From Candidatus Woesearchaeota archaeon (GTDB lineage Archaea > Nanobdellota > Nanobdellia > Woesearchaeales > ARS49), in the NCBI GenBank assembly GCA_019322895.1, contig JAHWHZ010000003.1:114492-178491 (forward strand): 64,000 bases of DNA, read 5' to 3'. The translations under genes and the position numbers were made by a program. Positions 1-10,461 of this stretch are shown here, in pieces. Each line of letters opens with the position of its first letter. The stretch's first letter is position 1. Under the pieces are notes generated by a model. It did not search any database, had not been told where the DNA came from, and was given only the letters and a program-made list of their open reading frames with translations.

Positions 1-344
1 CTGTACTGCAAAGCATTCAAAATCCCCCTAATCCTGAACGTCTTAGATTTGGTATTTGGGTGGATGATGCTTTTACAGGAACAATTAATCTCACTCCTTT
101 TGGTTCTGGCAGGTTTGAGATCGGCTATTATCTTGGCAGTGAATTTCAGAAAAGAGGTTATATGACAAGATCAGTAAAGAGAATTGTTGAATACGCATTT
201 AAAGAGAGGGATGCATCTGAAGTTTTTGCAAACGTACACCCAAATAAAACTGCAAGCATGGCTGTCCTGAAAAAAGCAGGTTTTTCTAGAATAGAAGGCA
301 GACTGTCTGAAGATGGCGATTTGTATTATTCGATATGTAAATAG
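1..344 (+). CDS. GNAT-family N-acetyltransferase (RimJ/RimL-like), N-terminus outside window
   Basis: Frame is open from base 3 to the stop at 342-344. FEIGYYLGSEFQKRGYMTRSVKRIVEYAF...MAVLKKAGF resembles the acetyl-CoA loop and KxGF tail of GNAT enzymes. Confidence 0.6.
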   Translation, partial: VLQSIQNPPNPERLRFGIWVDDAFTGTINLTPFGSGRFEIGYYLGSEFQKRGYMTRSVKRIVEYAFKERDASEVFANVHPNKTASMAVLKKAGFSRIEGRLSEDGDLYYSICK

Positions 345-352
345 TGCTGAAG

Positions 353-520
353 TTATTTCAACAGCCTGAATTTTGATGTTGCAATCAAGGCAATTCCTAT
401 GATGCCTATAGTGATTCTTGCTGATAATGGAAGAATTCCAAAGAACATCAGGATTGCACTAATCAAAGCTAAAATAACGCCTGCAGTGAATTGAATTATT
501 GCAAATTTCTTTTTATTCAT
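353..520 (-). CDS. small two-TM membrane protein (55 aa), below ORF-track cutoff
   Basis: Hand translation gives MNKKKFAIIQFTAGVILALISAILMFFGILPLSARITIGIIGIALIATSKFRLLK*. Basic N-terminus followed by two hydrophobic helices. Confidence 0.3.
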   Translation of the reverse strand: MNKKKFAIIQFTAGVILALISAILMFFGILPLSARITIGIIGIALIATSKFRLLK

Positions 521-535
521 ATTAATCAACCAAAA

Positions 536-748
536 TCACATTCCTAAAAACTTCATCAGCTCATACACAAGAAAAGCTGGCCAAACTAACGCTTTCAAGA
601 CACCCAGAACTCCGTTCCAGAATCCTGTTGCAGTTGATATGTAATACACTGCTGCTCCGATAAATCCCAGGAAGTAGAATCCTCCTGCAGGACCGTGCCT
701 GTGAATGTGCTTTGTTGGTCTGATTCTTTGTCTTTTCTTTTTCGCCAT
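536..748 (-). CDS. small membrane protein
   Basis: Track ORF 536..757. The likely start is MAKKKRQRIR, with a basic N-terminus and then two hydrophobic segments. It lies just downstream of the co-oriented 754..1182 gene. Confidence 0.4.
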   Translation of the reverse strand: MAKKKRQRIRPTKHIHRHGPAGGFYFLGFIGAAVYYISTATGFWNGVLGVLKALVWPAFLVYELMKFLGM

Positions 749-753
749 TAATA

Positions 754-1182
754 TCACTTAAGTTTTCTTATTATGGTCATCTTCATGCCATACTTATTGA
801 AGAACCTGATGAGATTAGGTGTTATTATCAGCCAAACCATATCGCCGTAAGGCTTTTTCTTCAGGTAGATTGCACTTCCAGGCCTTTTCTTGATGAACAT
901 CTTCTGGAGTGCAGCTGCTTTTTCCTCAGGAATTAATTTAACTATGCCGTCTATCTGCGCCCCTTTAGTATATTTTGCATCTGCATATACCAAAGAAACT
1001 TTCTTGTTCTTTGCAAGATTCACATATTTCCTGCTGCTCTTGGATGTAACTAAAACTATCTGTTTGCCTTTCCAGACAGAAGTCATTATAGCAGACTCAG
1101 GTTTTCCAGCTGGACTGCTTGTGGAAAGTACACAGAATCTTTGCCTTTCCAGAAAAGTCTTTATATTTTTTGGGATTCTCAT
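754..1182 (-). CDS. pyridoxamine 5'-phosphate oxidase-like FMN-binding split-barrel protein
   Basis: 142 aa. FLERQRFCVLSTSSPAGKPESAIMTSV...VLVTSKSSRKYVNLAKNKKVSLVY matches the general PNPOx-like pattern. Confidence 0.55.
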   Translation of the reverse strand: MRIPKNIKTFLERQRFCVLSTSSPAGKPESAIMTSVWKGKQIVLVTSKSSRKYVNLAKNKKVSLVYADAKYTKGAQIDGIVKLIPEEKAAALQKMFIKKRPGSAIYLKKKPYGDMVWLIITPNLIRFFNKYGMKMTIIRKLK

Positions 1183-1290
1183 TTTAGATAGAATTTGATT
1201 TTTGTGTATTTAAACTTTTCTTTTTAAATCAACTCAAAACAAATCGCAAATCTTATTAATGATGCCCGTTTTCTGCACTGTGGTGGGATT

Positions 1291-1986
1291 ATGGATCCAG
1301 ATTATAAGTTGCAGTTTGCATCATTTTTATTTGCGAGAAATGCCTTGCAGTTTGGAAGATTTGAATTGAGAAGCAAAAGAATTTCTCCTTATTACTTGGA
1401 TCTAGGCCAGATAAATAGCGGTCCAGGACTGGTGACACTGGGGAATTATTATGTGCAGTTCATCAATCACTTGATTGGAGAAGAGCAGATTCGCATACCT
1501 GACTGCTTGTTTGGCCCTGCTTACAAGGGAATCTCTATAGCAAATGCAGCAGTCATTCAGTGCGAGAATAAATTTAAATTTGATGTTAAGTTCAGTTCTG
1601 CAAGAAAAGAAAAAAAAGAGCATGGTGATGCAAGTGAGTTCCTGGGCTATACGCCAACTAAGGATGATGTTGTCTTGATTCTTGATGATGCTTTTTCAAC
1701 AGGCAGGTCAATTGAAGATGCTCGGCTTTCTATACTCCGCAGCACAGAAGAAAAATCCAGCATTGATGCTGTTGTTGTTGCTTTAGATAGAAAAGAGACC
1801 ACAATAAACAAAAGAAGTGCTGCCAAGAATTTCTGGGCCAAATATGGAATTCCAGTGTTCAGCCTTCTGACAGTATATGACTTGATTGATAACCTGCATA
1901 ATAAGGAAATAGAAGGCAGAATCGCCTTGACAGATGAAAACAAGGCAGATATAGAAAAGTATCTAGAACAATACGGTGCTGATTAG
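1291..1986 (+). CDS. pyrE: orotate phosphoribosyltransferase
   Basis: N-terminal ALQFGRFELRSKRISPYYLDLG and the PRPP-binding loop VVLILDDAFSTGRSI. Confidence 0.8.
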   Translation: MDPDYKLQFASFLFARNALQFGRFELRSKRISPYYLDLGQINSGPGLVTLGNYYVQFINHLIGEEQIRIPDCLFGPAYKGISIANAAVIQCENKFKFDVKFSSARKEKKEHGDASEFLGYTPTKDDVVLILDDAFSTGRSIEDARLSILRSTEEKSSIDAVVVALDRKETTINKRSAAKNFWAKYGIPVFSLLTVYDLIDNLHNKEIEGRIALTDENKADIEKYLEQYGAD

Positions 1987-2648
1987 CGTCCGCCATATGC
2001 TGGCAGTCTTTTTCCTATGGTTTCTCCAAGATATAAGTCAGGAACACGTAATGCCTGGCGCATAATCCTTGTTTTTGTCGGTATCTCTGTTCCTTTTAGC
2101 CGGCCTTCCATTGCATACTTGTTAAACAGGTCTGCTGTTGCCTGCACTTCTTCTCCGCTGTAGCCTGTGATTACAACATAGATATGGCTGTATGCCTGCA
2201 CTACTTTTATGAGCCCTTGTTTTGGCTGGAAATAATCCCTGCAGTTTCCTTTTACGCCTAATAGTGTTGCGACAAGAGGATTGTTGCATGGAGTTCCTAC
2301 CACAATTCCATTGCTCATCCGATAGTCAAAATCACTTTCTCCAATTGTTTTCACTGGAAATTCCTGCGGGTACACCTCTACCTGATATGTTCCGTCAAAA
2401 GGCTTTCCTGCTCTGTAAAGATATGGCAGCATTTTGATGATATCATTGATTGCATTTATTTCGCCGCTATCCAGTCTTGAACCTCCTTTAATTATGTTTG
2501 CATTGAATGTATGTCCTGTAAAGAAATAATAAGGATATCCTGATAATGTATAATCCTGGAATACAGGCAGTCCTGTTTTTCCTGGCACAATCAATATGAC
2601 AAGTATTAATATTGCAACTCCTGCAATGAACAATGTGTTTATTTTCAT
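1983..2648 (-). CDS. membrane-anchored extracellular protein, paralog of 2695..3363
   Basis: N-terminal TM helix. Blocks shared with the neighbour: IIKGGSRLDSGEINAINDIIKMLP / IIKGKTRDMGEITAANLIIERLP, VVGTPCNN / LVGIPCHN, YVVITGYSGEEV / YLIITGHSDGDV. Confidence 0.65.
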   Translation of the reverse strand: MKINTLFIAGVAILILVILIVPGKTGLPVFQDYTLSGYPYYFFTGHTFNANIIKGGSRLDSGEINAINDIIKMLPYLYRAGKPFDGTYQVEVYPQEFPVKTIGESDFDYRMSNGIVVGTPCNNPLVATLLGVKGNCRDYFQPKQGLIKVVQAYSHIYVVITGYSGEEVQATADLFNKYAMEGRLKGTEIPTKTRIMRQALRVPDLYLGETIGKRLPAYGGR

Positions 2649-2694
2649 TGTATCTCTCTTTTTTATGCAAATAAGGAGGTCTGTTATTTAAATC

Positions 2695-3363
2695 TTATTC
2701 AAATCCGATATAAAATCGCATTCCAAGTGCGGATAATTCGTCTGTTCTTGTTGTGCGCGCGCTTGGCGTTGTTCTCGCTCCCCTCAATGGCGTTCCTTCT
2801 GCCTGCCTGCTGACACTTATCTGGTTGCTGTCAAGCTTTCCAAGCTGCAGAGCTGAAAGAAAATATCTTGCAGCATTCAATACATCGCCGTCACTGTGGC
2901 CTGTTATTATGAGATATGTGTGTCCGTCTTTGTCCATGAGCTTGACAAACCCTTCTCCTGGCGGGAAAAAGGTCCTGCAGTCCTGTGCATTCAATAGTTC
3001 TGCGATTGCCTTGTTGTGGCAGGGTATTCCAACAAGTATTGCGTCTGTTGTCTTGTAGTCAATCTCGTCTTCTACAAACACCCTGTTTGCAAGTCCTTCT
3101 GGCGGCAGGCTCATCACTAAATCCGGGCGGATTCTTTTCATGAGCATGTACTGATCTGGCAGTCTTTCTATTATCAGGTTTGCTGCAGTTATCTCTCCCA
3201 TGTCTCTTGTCTTTCCCTTTATTATAACTGCATCAAATTCAGGGCCAAAGAATGTGGGATATTGGGATAATGTAGGTGCCATTCCTGTTGTCTGCCCAGG
3301 CATCATGAAGCCCAGTGCAGCTACTAAAACAACCATGAGAAGTATTATTAGTGCGTTTCTCAT
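2695..3363 (-). CDS. membrane-anchored extracellular protein, paralog of 1983..2648
   Basis: Same architecture and conserved blocks as 1983..2648, with an N-terminal TM helix. Confidence 0.65.
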   Translation of the reverse strand: MRNALIILLMVVLVAALGFMMPGQTTGMAPTLSQYPTFFGPEFDAVIIKGKTRDMGEITAANLIIERLPDQYMLMKRIRPDLVMSLPPEGLANRVFVEDEIDYKTTDAILVGIPCHNKAIAELLNAQDCRTFFPPGEGFVKLMDKDGHTYLIITGHSDGDVLNAARYFLSALQLGKLDSNQISVSRQAEGTPLRGARTTPSARTTRTDELSALGMRFYIGFE

Positions 3364-3486
3364 TTTCCTCTTTTTTAGAGGATTAGAATTTACCTGTATT
3401 TAAGCTTTTTTCTTATTTAGAAGCAAATATGCTTTATTTCTTAATGTGCTTTGCTTCTAAACTGAAAAAGACAAACTATCTGACTC

Positions 3487-4092
3487 TTAATTTGTCTTTT
3501 TCTTGTTTCTGCCCCGAGACTGCACTTTCTCTAGTCTTTTCAATACTTTTTCAGCATCTGGATAAGCTTCTTTATAGCCTTCTAGAACTGCTTTAAGGCA
3601 TTCTTCATAGATTTCATGATGCTTTGATTCTAATGCGCGATCTAACAAATGCAGATCAACTGCCTTGTCTTCTTCTTTTGTTGAGAAAAAGCTCAATCCA
3701 AAGTCAATGAAATGAATCTCATCACCTAAAATCATGTTTGATGTGGTCAAGTCTGCGTGGATTATGTCATTTGCATGAAGTTTTGCGACTTTTCTTCCGA
3801 TTTCCTTTGATAATTCAATATGATTCTTGTGCAAGACATCTCTTAACTTATCACCTTCAACAAAACTCATGCTTATCTGCATGTTCTTGTCATCCATCTC
3901 CAATAATTCTGGTCCAGGAACACCAATCTCTTTTAATTTAGTGAGAACTTTTGCTTCCCTTCTTGTTCTTGCTTTTCTTAGAGAAGTATCTAGATCTTTC
4001 TGCCGATAATCCTTGCTTATCCTGTCTTTCAAGACTTTATTTTCTTCTTTATACAGGATTGCTTCTGCTCCTTGGCCGATTATCTCTGTCAT
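3487..4092 (-). CDS. bud32: Kae1-associated serine/threonine kinase Bud32 (KEOPS subunit)
   Basis: 201 aa atypical small kinase. GQGAEAILYK glycine loop, IIHADLTTSNMIL catalytic loop, IDFGLS, and C-terminal EDKAVDLHLL. Confidence 0.9.
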   Translation of the reverse strand: MTEIIGQGAEAILYKEENKVLKDRISKDYRQKDLDTSLRKARTRREAKVLTKLKEIGVPGPELLEMDDKNMQISMSFVEGDKLRDVLHKNHIELSKEIGRKVAKLHANDIIHADLTTSNMILGDEIHFIDFGLSFFSTKEEDKAVDLHLLDRALESKHHEIYEECLKAVLEGYKEAYPDAEKVLKRLEKVQSRGRNKKKTN

Positions 4093-4130
4093 AGAATTAA
4101 AAATAGGATTAGGTGTTTAAAAAGATTTGC

Positions 4131-4718
4131 TTAAACCTGTTTCTTAGGTATGATCAATTCAATATTTCTTATCTCAGAACCAGCTATTGGGTATGTTTTT
4201 CTTAATGAGTCCTGCATTGTTCTTTGGAACTTGCCTTGGAGTATCTCTCTCATCAGGACTTCGTATTTTGTTTTTGTTATTATTTTAGAAAGATATTCTT
4301 TTATTTGTTTTCTTATTGCTGACTTGACACCGCCCTGCGCTCTTCCTCTTGTCACTATGAGCGGTTTTACCCTGACTTTCTTTTCATCTGCTGTCTTGAA
4401 CAGCATAGAATCATCGATTTTTGACCTGTTTCTTCGCATCATTCTTTTTGTTGCAGCTGTGTTCAGCCTGTAGCCAATAAGGTCTGTCTGCAGTTTCTCG
4501 CCGACAACACTGCTTATCAGGAATTTCAGCATAGTGTTCTGCTTTCTCGGGTCTCCTGTCACAGCAGCCATGCTGACAGTCAGTTTCCTGCCTATTGTTG
4601 CCTGCGGCTCTTCTACATGCATCTCTCCTATCTCTTTCTCATTGAAGAGCTTTGGGGCTATCACAGGAACCCATCTCTTCTTCTTCACTACTACTTTTGC
4701 TGCCTTTTTTTTAGCCAT
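4131..4718 (-). CDS. rps3ae: 30S ribosomal protein S3Ae (eS1)
   Basis: KKKRWVPVIAPKLFNEKEIGE... with the length and basic composition typical of archaeal S3Ae. Confidence 0.9.
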   Translation of the reverse strand: MAKKKAAKVVVKKKRWVPVIAPKLFNEKEIGEMHVEEPQATIGRKLTVSMAAVTGDPRKQNTMLKFLISSVVGEKLQTDLIGYRLNTAATKRMMRRNRSKIDDSMLFKTADEKKVRVKPLIVTRGRAQGGVKSAIRKQIKEYLSKIITKTKYEVLMREILQGKFQRTMQDSLRKTYPIAGSEIRNIELIIPKKQV

Positions 4719-4781
4719 GTTATTCTCAGAATTGATGTTTGGTTTATAAAGCTTTTTATTCTGCTATGCTGCCACAAGAAA

Positions 4782-4964
4782 CATTGCTGCCTGCGGAGTT
4801 CTCAAGTTTGCATGCCTGCTTTGATAAACCTGAGTTACAAGCAGGTTAAACAGCGTAACGAAGCGCAGCATTGCTGCATTGCGAAGTTCTCAGATTCTTA
4901 TGCTTGATATGATAAATCTGAATTACAGGCAGTTTCAGCAGCAGAATGGAGCGCAGCATTGCTG
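4782..4964 (+). repeat. tandem repeat family 2: two full units (4782-4868, 4869-4956) plus an 8-nt start of a third
   Basis: Both units share cattgctgc..gcgaagttctca..gcttgata(a/t)..ctga.ttaca.gcag.tt.a.cag....agcgcag. A third copy lies at 9161..9255. Confidence 0.85.
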
Positions 4965-4966
4965 TC

Positions 4967-5278
4967 TTATTCTTCTACAACCTGTGGCTGGCTTAGCTCG
5001 CACTTGTCCTTGTAAGGGCATGGATTTTTTTGCCTGTTCTGCCACTCAATGCACTGTCTTTTATCCTGCCCGTCTTTAGTATCCTTGTATTCAATAAAAT
5101 ATGCTTTCCTGCCAGACAGCGGGCAATCTCCCACGCATAAGATTGCAAAAGAAACTGTCTTTCTTTTCCTGTACCTGGATGCAATCTTTTCTGCAGAATC
5201 AATTATCATAGGGTCTTCATTGAACCTTTCTTCAGCTAAAATTTCTAAGTTTTTCTTGTCTGATTTTCCCATCTTCAC
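4967..5278 (-). CDS. hypothetical protein (103 aa, Cys-containing)
   Basis: Track ORF with no recognisable motif. Its stop abuts the family-2 repeat array. Confidence 0.45.
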   Translation of the reverse strand: MKMGKSDKKNLEILAEERFNEDPMIIDSAEKIASRYRKRKTVSFAILCVGDCPLSGRKAYFIEYKDTKDGQDKRQCIEWQNRQKNPCPYKDKCELSQPQVVEE

Positions 5279-5332
5279 CCACCAATACTTTAGAAAGTAC
5301 TTGTCCTTTATAAAATTATTCAGATATCCAGC

Positions 5333-5450
5333 AAATTTTTAAAAAATTTGACTAAAGCGCTCTTCGTTCAGGCTCCAGAAGCACCCCATTAGCTGTTTGC
5401 TTCGCAAACAGGGGCTCTACTCTTCTCTCGCCTTCACGATATCGCGCGAA
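5333..5450 (+). mobile_element. R-element copy 1 (AT hairpin aaatttttaaaaaattt plus 91-nt core 5357-5447), abutting the gyrB stop codon
   Basis: The core aligns by eye along its whole length with 31711-31802 and with the reverse complement of 57912-58003. It is flanked by ttagatatcaagc (gyrB end) and ttcagatatccagc. Confidence 0.6.
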
Positions 5451-7496
<2,046 letters not shown>

Positions 7497-7752
7497 TTAC
7501 AGCGAGGATAAATGCCTATTTTTATATATGGAAAAAAACTAAAAATGCTTTCTTTCTTTTTCTCTTAGCCATTTCAAATAATCTACTTCAGAGTCTTTCA
7601 GGCCAAGGAGTTCTTGTATTGTTTTAGGGGTTGGGTGCACAGTTATCACCTCTTTAATGCTTTCAGATATCCATTTATTAATACCCTATGAAGCGCGGAT
7701 ACAGGCAGGATTTCCATAAGATTTATAAAGCGAAATCCTATATAAAGCAAGT

Positions 7753-8478
7753 ATGGTCACTCAAGTAATGATTAGTCCGAATTGGTTTCTTACTAAAGAC
7801 ATGCTTATTCATATATTCAGTGTAATTACTTTGATTCTTATAGCAGCATTCAGCATGAGATTCTATTTTTTCAGGAAAAAAGAGAACAAGAATTACCTTT
7901 ATTTTGCAGCATCGTTTATCCTGATAGCAATCTCATTCCTTTGGAAGATAGTTACTGATATAACAATCTATTCTGACATTATTCACACTAAAAAGCTGGG
8001 GATTTTCACTATAACATACAAGACAATATATGCAGAGAAGCTCTTGTTTGTGGCAGGCCATTTTGCGCATTACCTGCTTATGCTTCTGGGATTATACATC
8101 CTGTATGTTGTATTGAACAGGAGATCAACGATGAACCATTTGTTGATACTTTATTTCATCGTCATAACAACTGTGTTCAGTAATTTCTCATATTTCATAT
8201 TTCACTTGACGGCTGGCGCTTTATTGCTTGGCATAGCATACAGGTATTACACAATCTACAGAACTAACAAGAGACGTCTGACAAAGGTAATCTTCATAAG
8301 CTTTGGCATACTTGCCTTGGCTCAGGCATTGTTCATGCCTGTTAAATTATATGCAAACATCTATGTTGCTGCACAGGTAGTGCAATTGACTGGATTTTTG
8401 CTCTTATTGACGGCCTTTGTTTTGGTATTAAAAAATGGCAAGAAGAAGTCGAACAAATATCATAAGCGACATGCTTGA
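7753..8478 (+). CDS. polytopic membrane protein (about 7 TM)
   Basis: 241 aa and strongly hydrophobic throughout. No family recognised. Confidence 0.6.
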   Translation: MVTQVMISPNWFLTKDMLIHIFSVITLILIAAFSMRFYFFRKKENKNYLYFAASFILIAISFLWKIVTDITIYSDIIHTKKLGIFTITYKTIYAEKLLFVAGHFAHYLLMLLGLYILYVVLNRRSTMNHLLILYFIVITTVFSNFSYFIFHLTAGALLLGIAYRYYTIYRTNKRRLTKVIFISFGILALAQALFMPVKLYANIYVAAQVVQLTGFLLLLTAFVLVLKNGKKKSNKYHKRHA

Positions 8479-8704
8479 TTCTATTCAAGCTAAGGGAGGC
8501 AGGATCAGGCAGACACACCTGATGTATAAAGCTAATCTGTCGCATAATCAATTGAAGAATTACCTAGATGATTTAATCAAGGGCGATATGGTCAAGAAGA
8601 TAAAGAACAAGAACTGCTCTTATTTGATAATCACAGACAAGGGCTGCGATTTCTTGGAGAAATTCCGCCAGGTCAAGGAATTCGAGAAAGCATTTGGATT
8701 ATAG
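8435..8704 (+). CDS. winged-helix DNA-binding protein (archaeal HTH_45-like)
   Basis: RRSRTNIISDMLDSIQAKGGRIRQTHLMYKANLSHNQLKNYLDDLIKGDMV...ITDKGCDFLEKF matches the small archaeal wHTH pattern. Confidence 0.65.
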   Translation: MARRSRTNIISDMLDSIQAKGGRIRQTHLMYKANLSHNQLKNYLDDLIKGDMVKKIKNKNCSYLIITDKGCDFLEKFRQVKEFEKAFGL

Positions 8705-9103
8705 ATACAGTATCCTATGCAGTCTTAATGCTCTTTCCTTGAGTGCAGGGTCAGCAAACTGCGTGTATGGGAATGCAGCATCACTAACAGTATTTATCGG
8801 ATCAAATAGTTTTCTTGCTGATTCCTTTCTTCCCAGGCCATATTCTTTTTCTGCAGCCACTAGATGCGCCTTAGCCAGGATACTGTTTGGATTGCTTGCA
8901 TCATTAACAATTCTTTCTGGCATCAAATCAAGTAAAGAATCAAGGTCTCCTGCTGATATTTTAATAACATCAAAATGCCTTTCCATTATCTGCACTTCGC
9001 GCGCAGTCTCATCAACATTCCCTGCCTCAGCAAACTCTCTTGCATTGGCGCGGGCTTTAGCCATCATATCATAAACATCTTGTAATGTTGCCTTCATAAC
9101 CAC
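8699..9103 (-). CDS. hypothetical helical protein (134 aa)
   Basis: Track ORF with no motif recognised. The family-2 repeat lies about 60 nt upstream of its start. Confidence 0.5.
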   Translation of the reverse strand: MVMKATLQDVYDMMAKARANAREFAEAGNVDETAREVQIMERHFDVIKISAGDLDSLLDLMPERIVNDASNPNSILAKAHLVAAEKEYGLGRKESARKLFDPINTVSDAAFPYTQFADPALKERALRLHRILYL

Positions 9104-9160
9104 TCACCCAGCTTGAGAAGGATTGATTTGTTTAAAAAATTATGTGTTTTCAGGCAGCGG

Positions 9161-9255
9161 CAATGCTGCCTGCGAAGTTCTCAGATGCATATTTGTGCTT
9201 TGATAAGTCTGAGTTACGGGCAGGTTCAGCAGCAGAACAAAGCGCAGCATGGCTG
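9161..9255 (+). repeat. tandem repeat family 2, solitary third copy
   Basis: caatgctgcctgcgaagttctcagat...gctttgataagtctgagttacgggcaggttcagcagcagaacaaagcgcagcatggctg aligns with the 4782-4964 units. Confidence 0.8.
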
Positions 9256-9462
9256 TTTTCGCTCTTTTCCCCTTTTTAAACCTTGTGATATTTTGGCCTG
9301 TAACAGCCTTTCACAGCGTATTTATAAAGGCTTTACTTTCTTGTTCTTGAGGTGAATAAAAATGTTCAATGACAAGACACTCAAAGCATTGCCTGTAGAA
9401 AGGCACGAAGTTTCATACTTAAGAATGCTTGGTGCAAAGCAGCAAAGAAGCAAGCACTGGTG

Positions 9463-10128
9463 CTAATTTTTTATTATTATTCCTATACCGCCCCAGTCAT
9501 CTTCGTTTTTATCAATGAATTCTTTATGCTCGTATTTGTCCTTGATTTCATTCCATAACTTGTCAACCTGGCATTCAGGGACAGTTGCGTGCTTGCAGAT
9601 ATCGTGGAAGATTATCACTCCGCCTTTCTTCACAAAGGGAGAATACATCTCAAAGTCTTTCTTGACACCTTCATAAGTGTGGTCGCCGTCAATGAACAAT
9701 ACATCAATCTGCTTGTCTTTTAGCCTGTCAAGCAGGTCTTTTTTTGTGGCTTCGTCATGAGAATCTTTTGGAATCAAGAAAAGAGTCTGGCCTATTTTTG
9801 CATAAGTCTTGAAAATGTGTGCATCACTTGGATCATAACCTCCTCCAAAAGGCCCGCCTGGCAGATCAATGCTTATTATGTGCGCATCTGCAGGAGCTGT
9901 CTGGCATAATGCAAAGAATGTTCCCCCTCCTGCTGTTCCAATCTCAACAACAGTATTCATCTGCCTGCCTTGAAGAAATTCCAATAACCCATGAAGTTCA
10001 GACAATTTCTGCATAGCTCCTCTGTTCATAGCCCCTTTTGCTATCTGCATGGCAGAAGAATCGTCTGAAAATATCTGCTCGCCTAGGTTGATCTCTTCTG
10101 TGTATGAGAATTCTATTTTGTCATCCAT
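9463..10128 (-). CDS. class I SAM-dependent methyltransferase (Methyltransf_24 / CmcI-like)
   Basis: VVEIGTAGGGTFFAL (motif I) and DVLFIDGDHTYEGVKKDFEMY. Confidence 0.7.
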   Translation of the reverse strand: MDDKIEFSYTEEINLGEQIFSDDSSAMQIAKGAMNRGAMQKLSELHGLLEFLQGRQMNTVVEIGTAGGGTFFALCQTAPADAHIISIDLPGGPFGGGYDPSDAHIFKTYAKIGQTLFLIPKDSHDEATKKDLLDRLKDKQIDVLFIDGDHTYEGVKKDFEMYSPFVKKGGVIIFHDICKHATVPECQVDKLWNEIKDKYEHKEFIDKNEDDWGGIGIIIKN

Positions 10129-10163
10129 AGCAGAGCAGAATAAGAGACGATTTATATGTTTTG

Positions 10164-10418
10164 CTATTTATTGAGGCCAAGCTTTTTCCTCACCCATTTG
10201 AACCAATGCACCCTGTCAACAATAAGCTCGCCCAGCGCTGCAAATGGAACAGTAACTAATAATACTATCAAGAAGACCTGCGGTGTTATCTTTGCATCTG
10301 TGGCAAACCATATTGCAACAATATCCTCAACTATACCTAATGCTATGCCGAATATCAGGAATTCAAAGAAAACTTCTAGGCGCTTTCTTCTTGCCTTGTT
10401 CATACAGCCAATTTTCAT
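10164..10418 (-). CDS. small membrane protein (84 aa)
   Basis: Two hydrophobic helices with a basic C-terminus. The antisense ORF 10156..10461 is judged spurious. Confidence 0.45.
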   Translation of the reverse strand: MKIGCMNKARRKRLEVFFEFLIFGIALGIVEDIVAIWFATDAKITPQVFLIVLLVTVPFAALGELIVDRVHWFKWVRKKLGLNK

Positions 10419-10461
10419 TATAGAGTATTTAAATTTTACTCAAAAGGGGAAAATGTTTTAA

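Noticed and set aside
4782-4964. Possible CRISPR array
   Set aside because: The units are about 87 nt long and directly abutting with no unique spacers, and only about 2.1 copies are present. Nothing elsewhere in the window has a repeat-spacer periodicity of 60-75 nt.
4617-5079. ORFs 4617..4907 and 4879..5079 (and 9113..9355) with similar peptides (…CCLRSSQ…LSY.QV.Q.N.AQH.C…)
   Set aside because: The peptide similarity is a by-product of translating the family-2 nucleotide repeats. No start context is present, and the repeats are better explained as non-coding.
5333-5450. Interpretation of the R-element as nothing more than a conserved intrinsic terminator downstream of genes
   Set aside because: A terminator alone would not explain the 91-nt core with three covarying stems. 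It would also not explain the duplicated, synonymously diverged gene termini on the far side of each copy. A terminator function for the T-rich hairpin part remains plausible and is mentioned in the finding.
7560-7690. Minus-strand reading frame …ITVHPTPKTIQELLGLKDSEVDYLKWLREKERKHF* in the gyrB-upstream intergenic region
   Set aside because: It has no credible start codon and is too short to assign. It is possibly a gene fragment but is unsupported.
9362-9466. 34-aa plus-strand ORF (MFNDKTLKALPVERHEVSYLRMLGAKQQRSKHWC) with an upstream TATA (gtatttataaagg) and GAGGTGA
   Set aside because: The expression signals look good, but the ORF is very short, overlaps the end of the methyltransferase gene, and has no comparative support. 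It is not listed as a feature.
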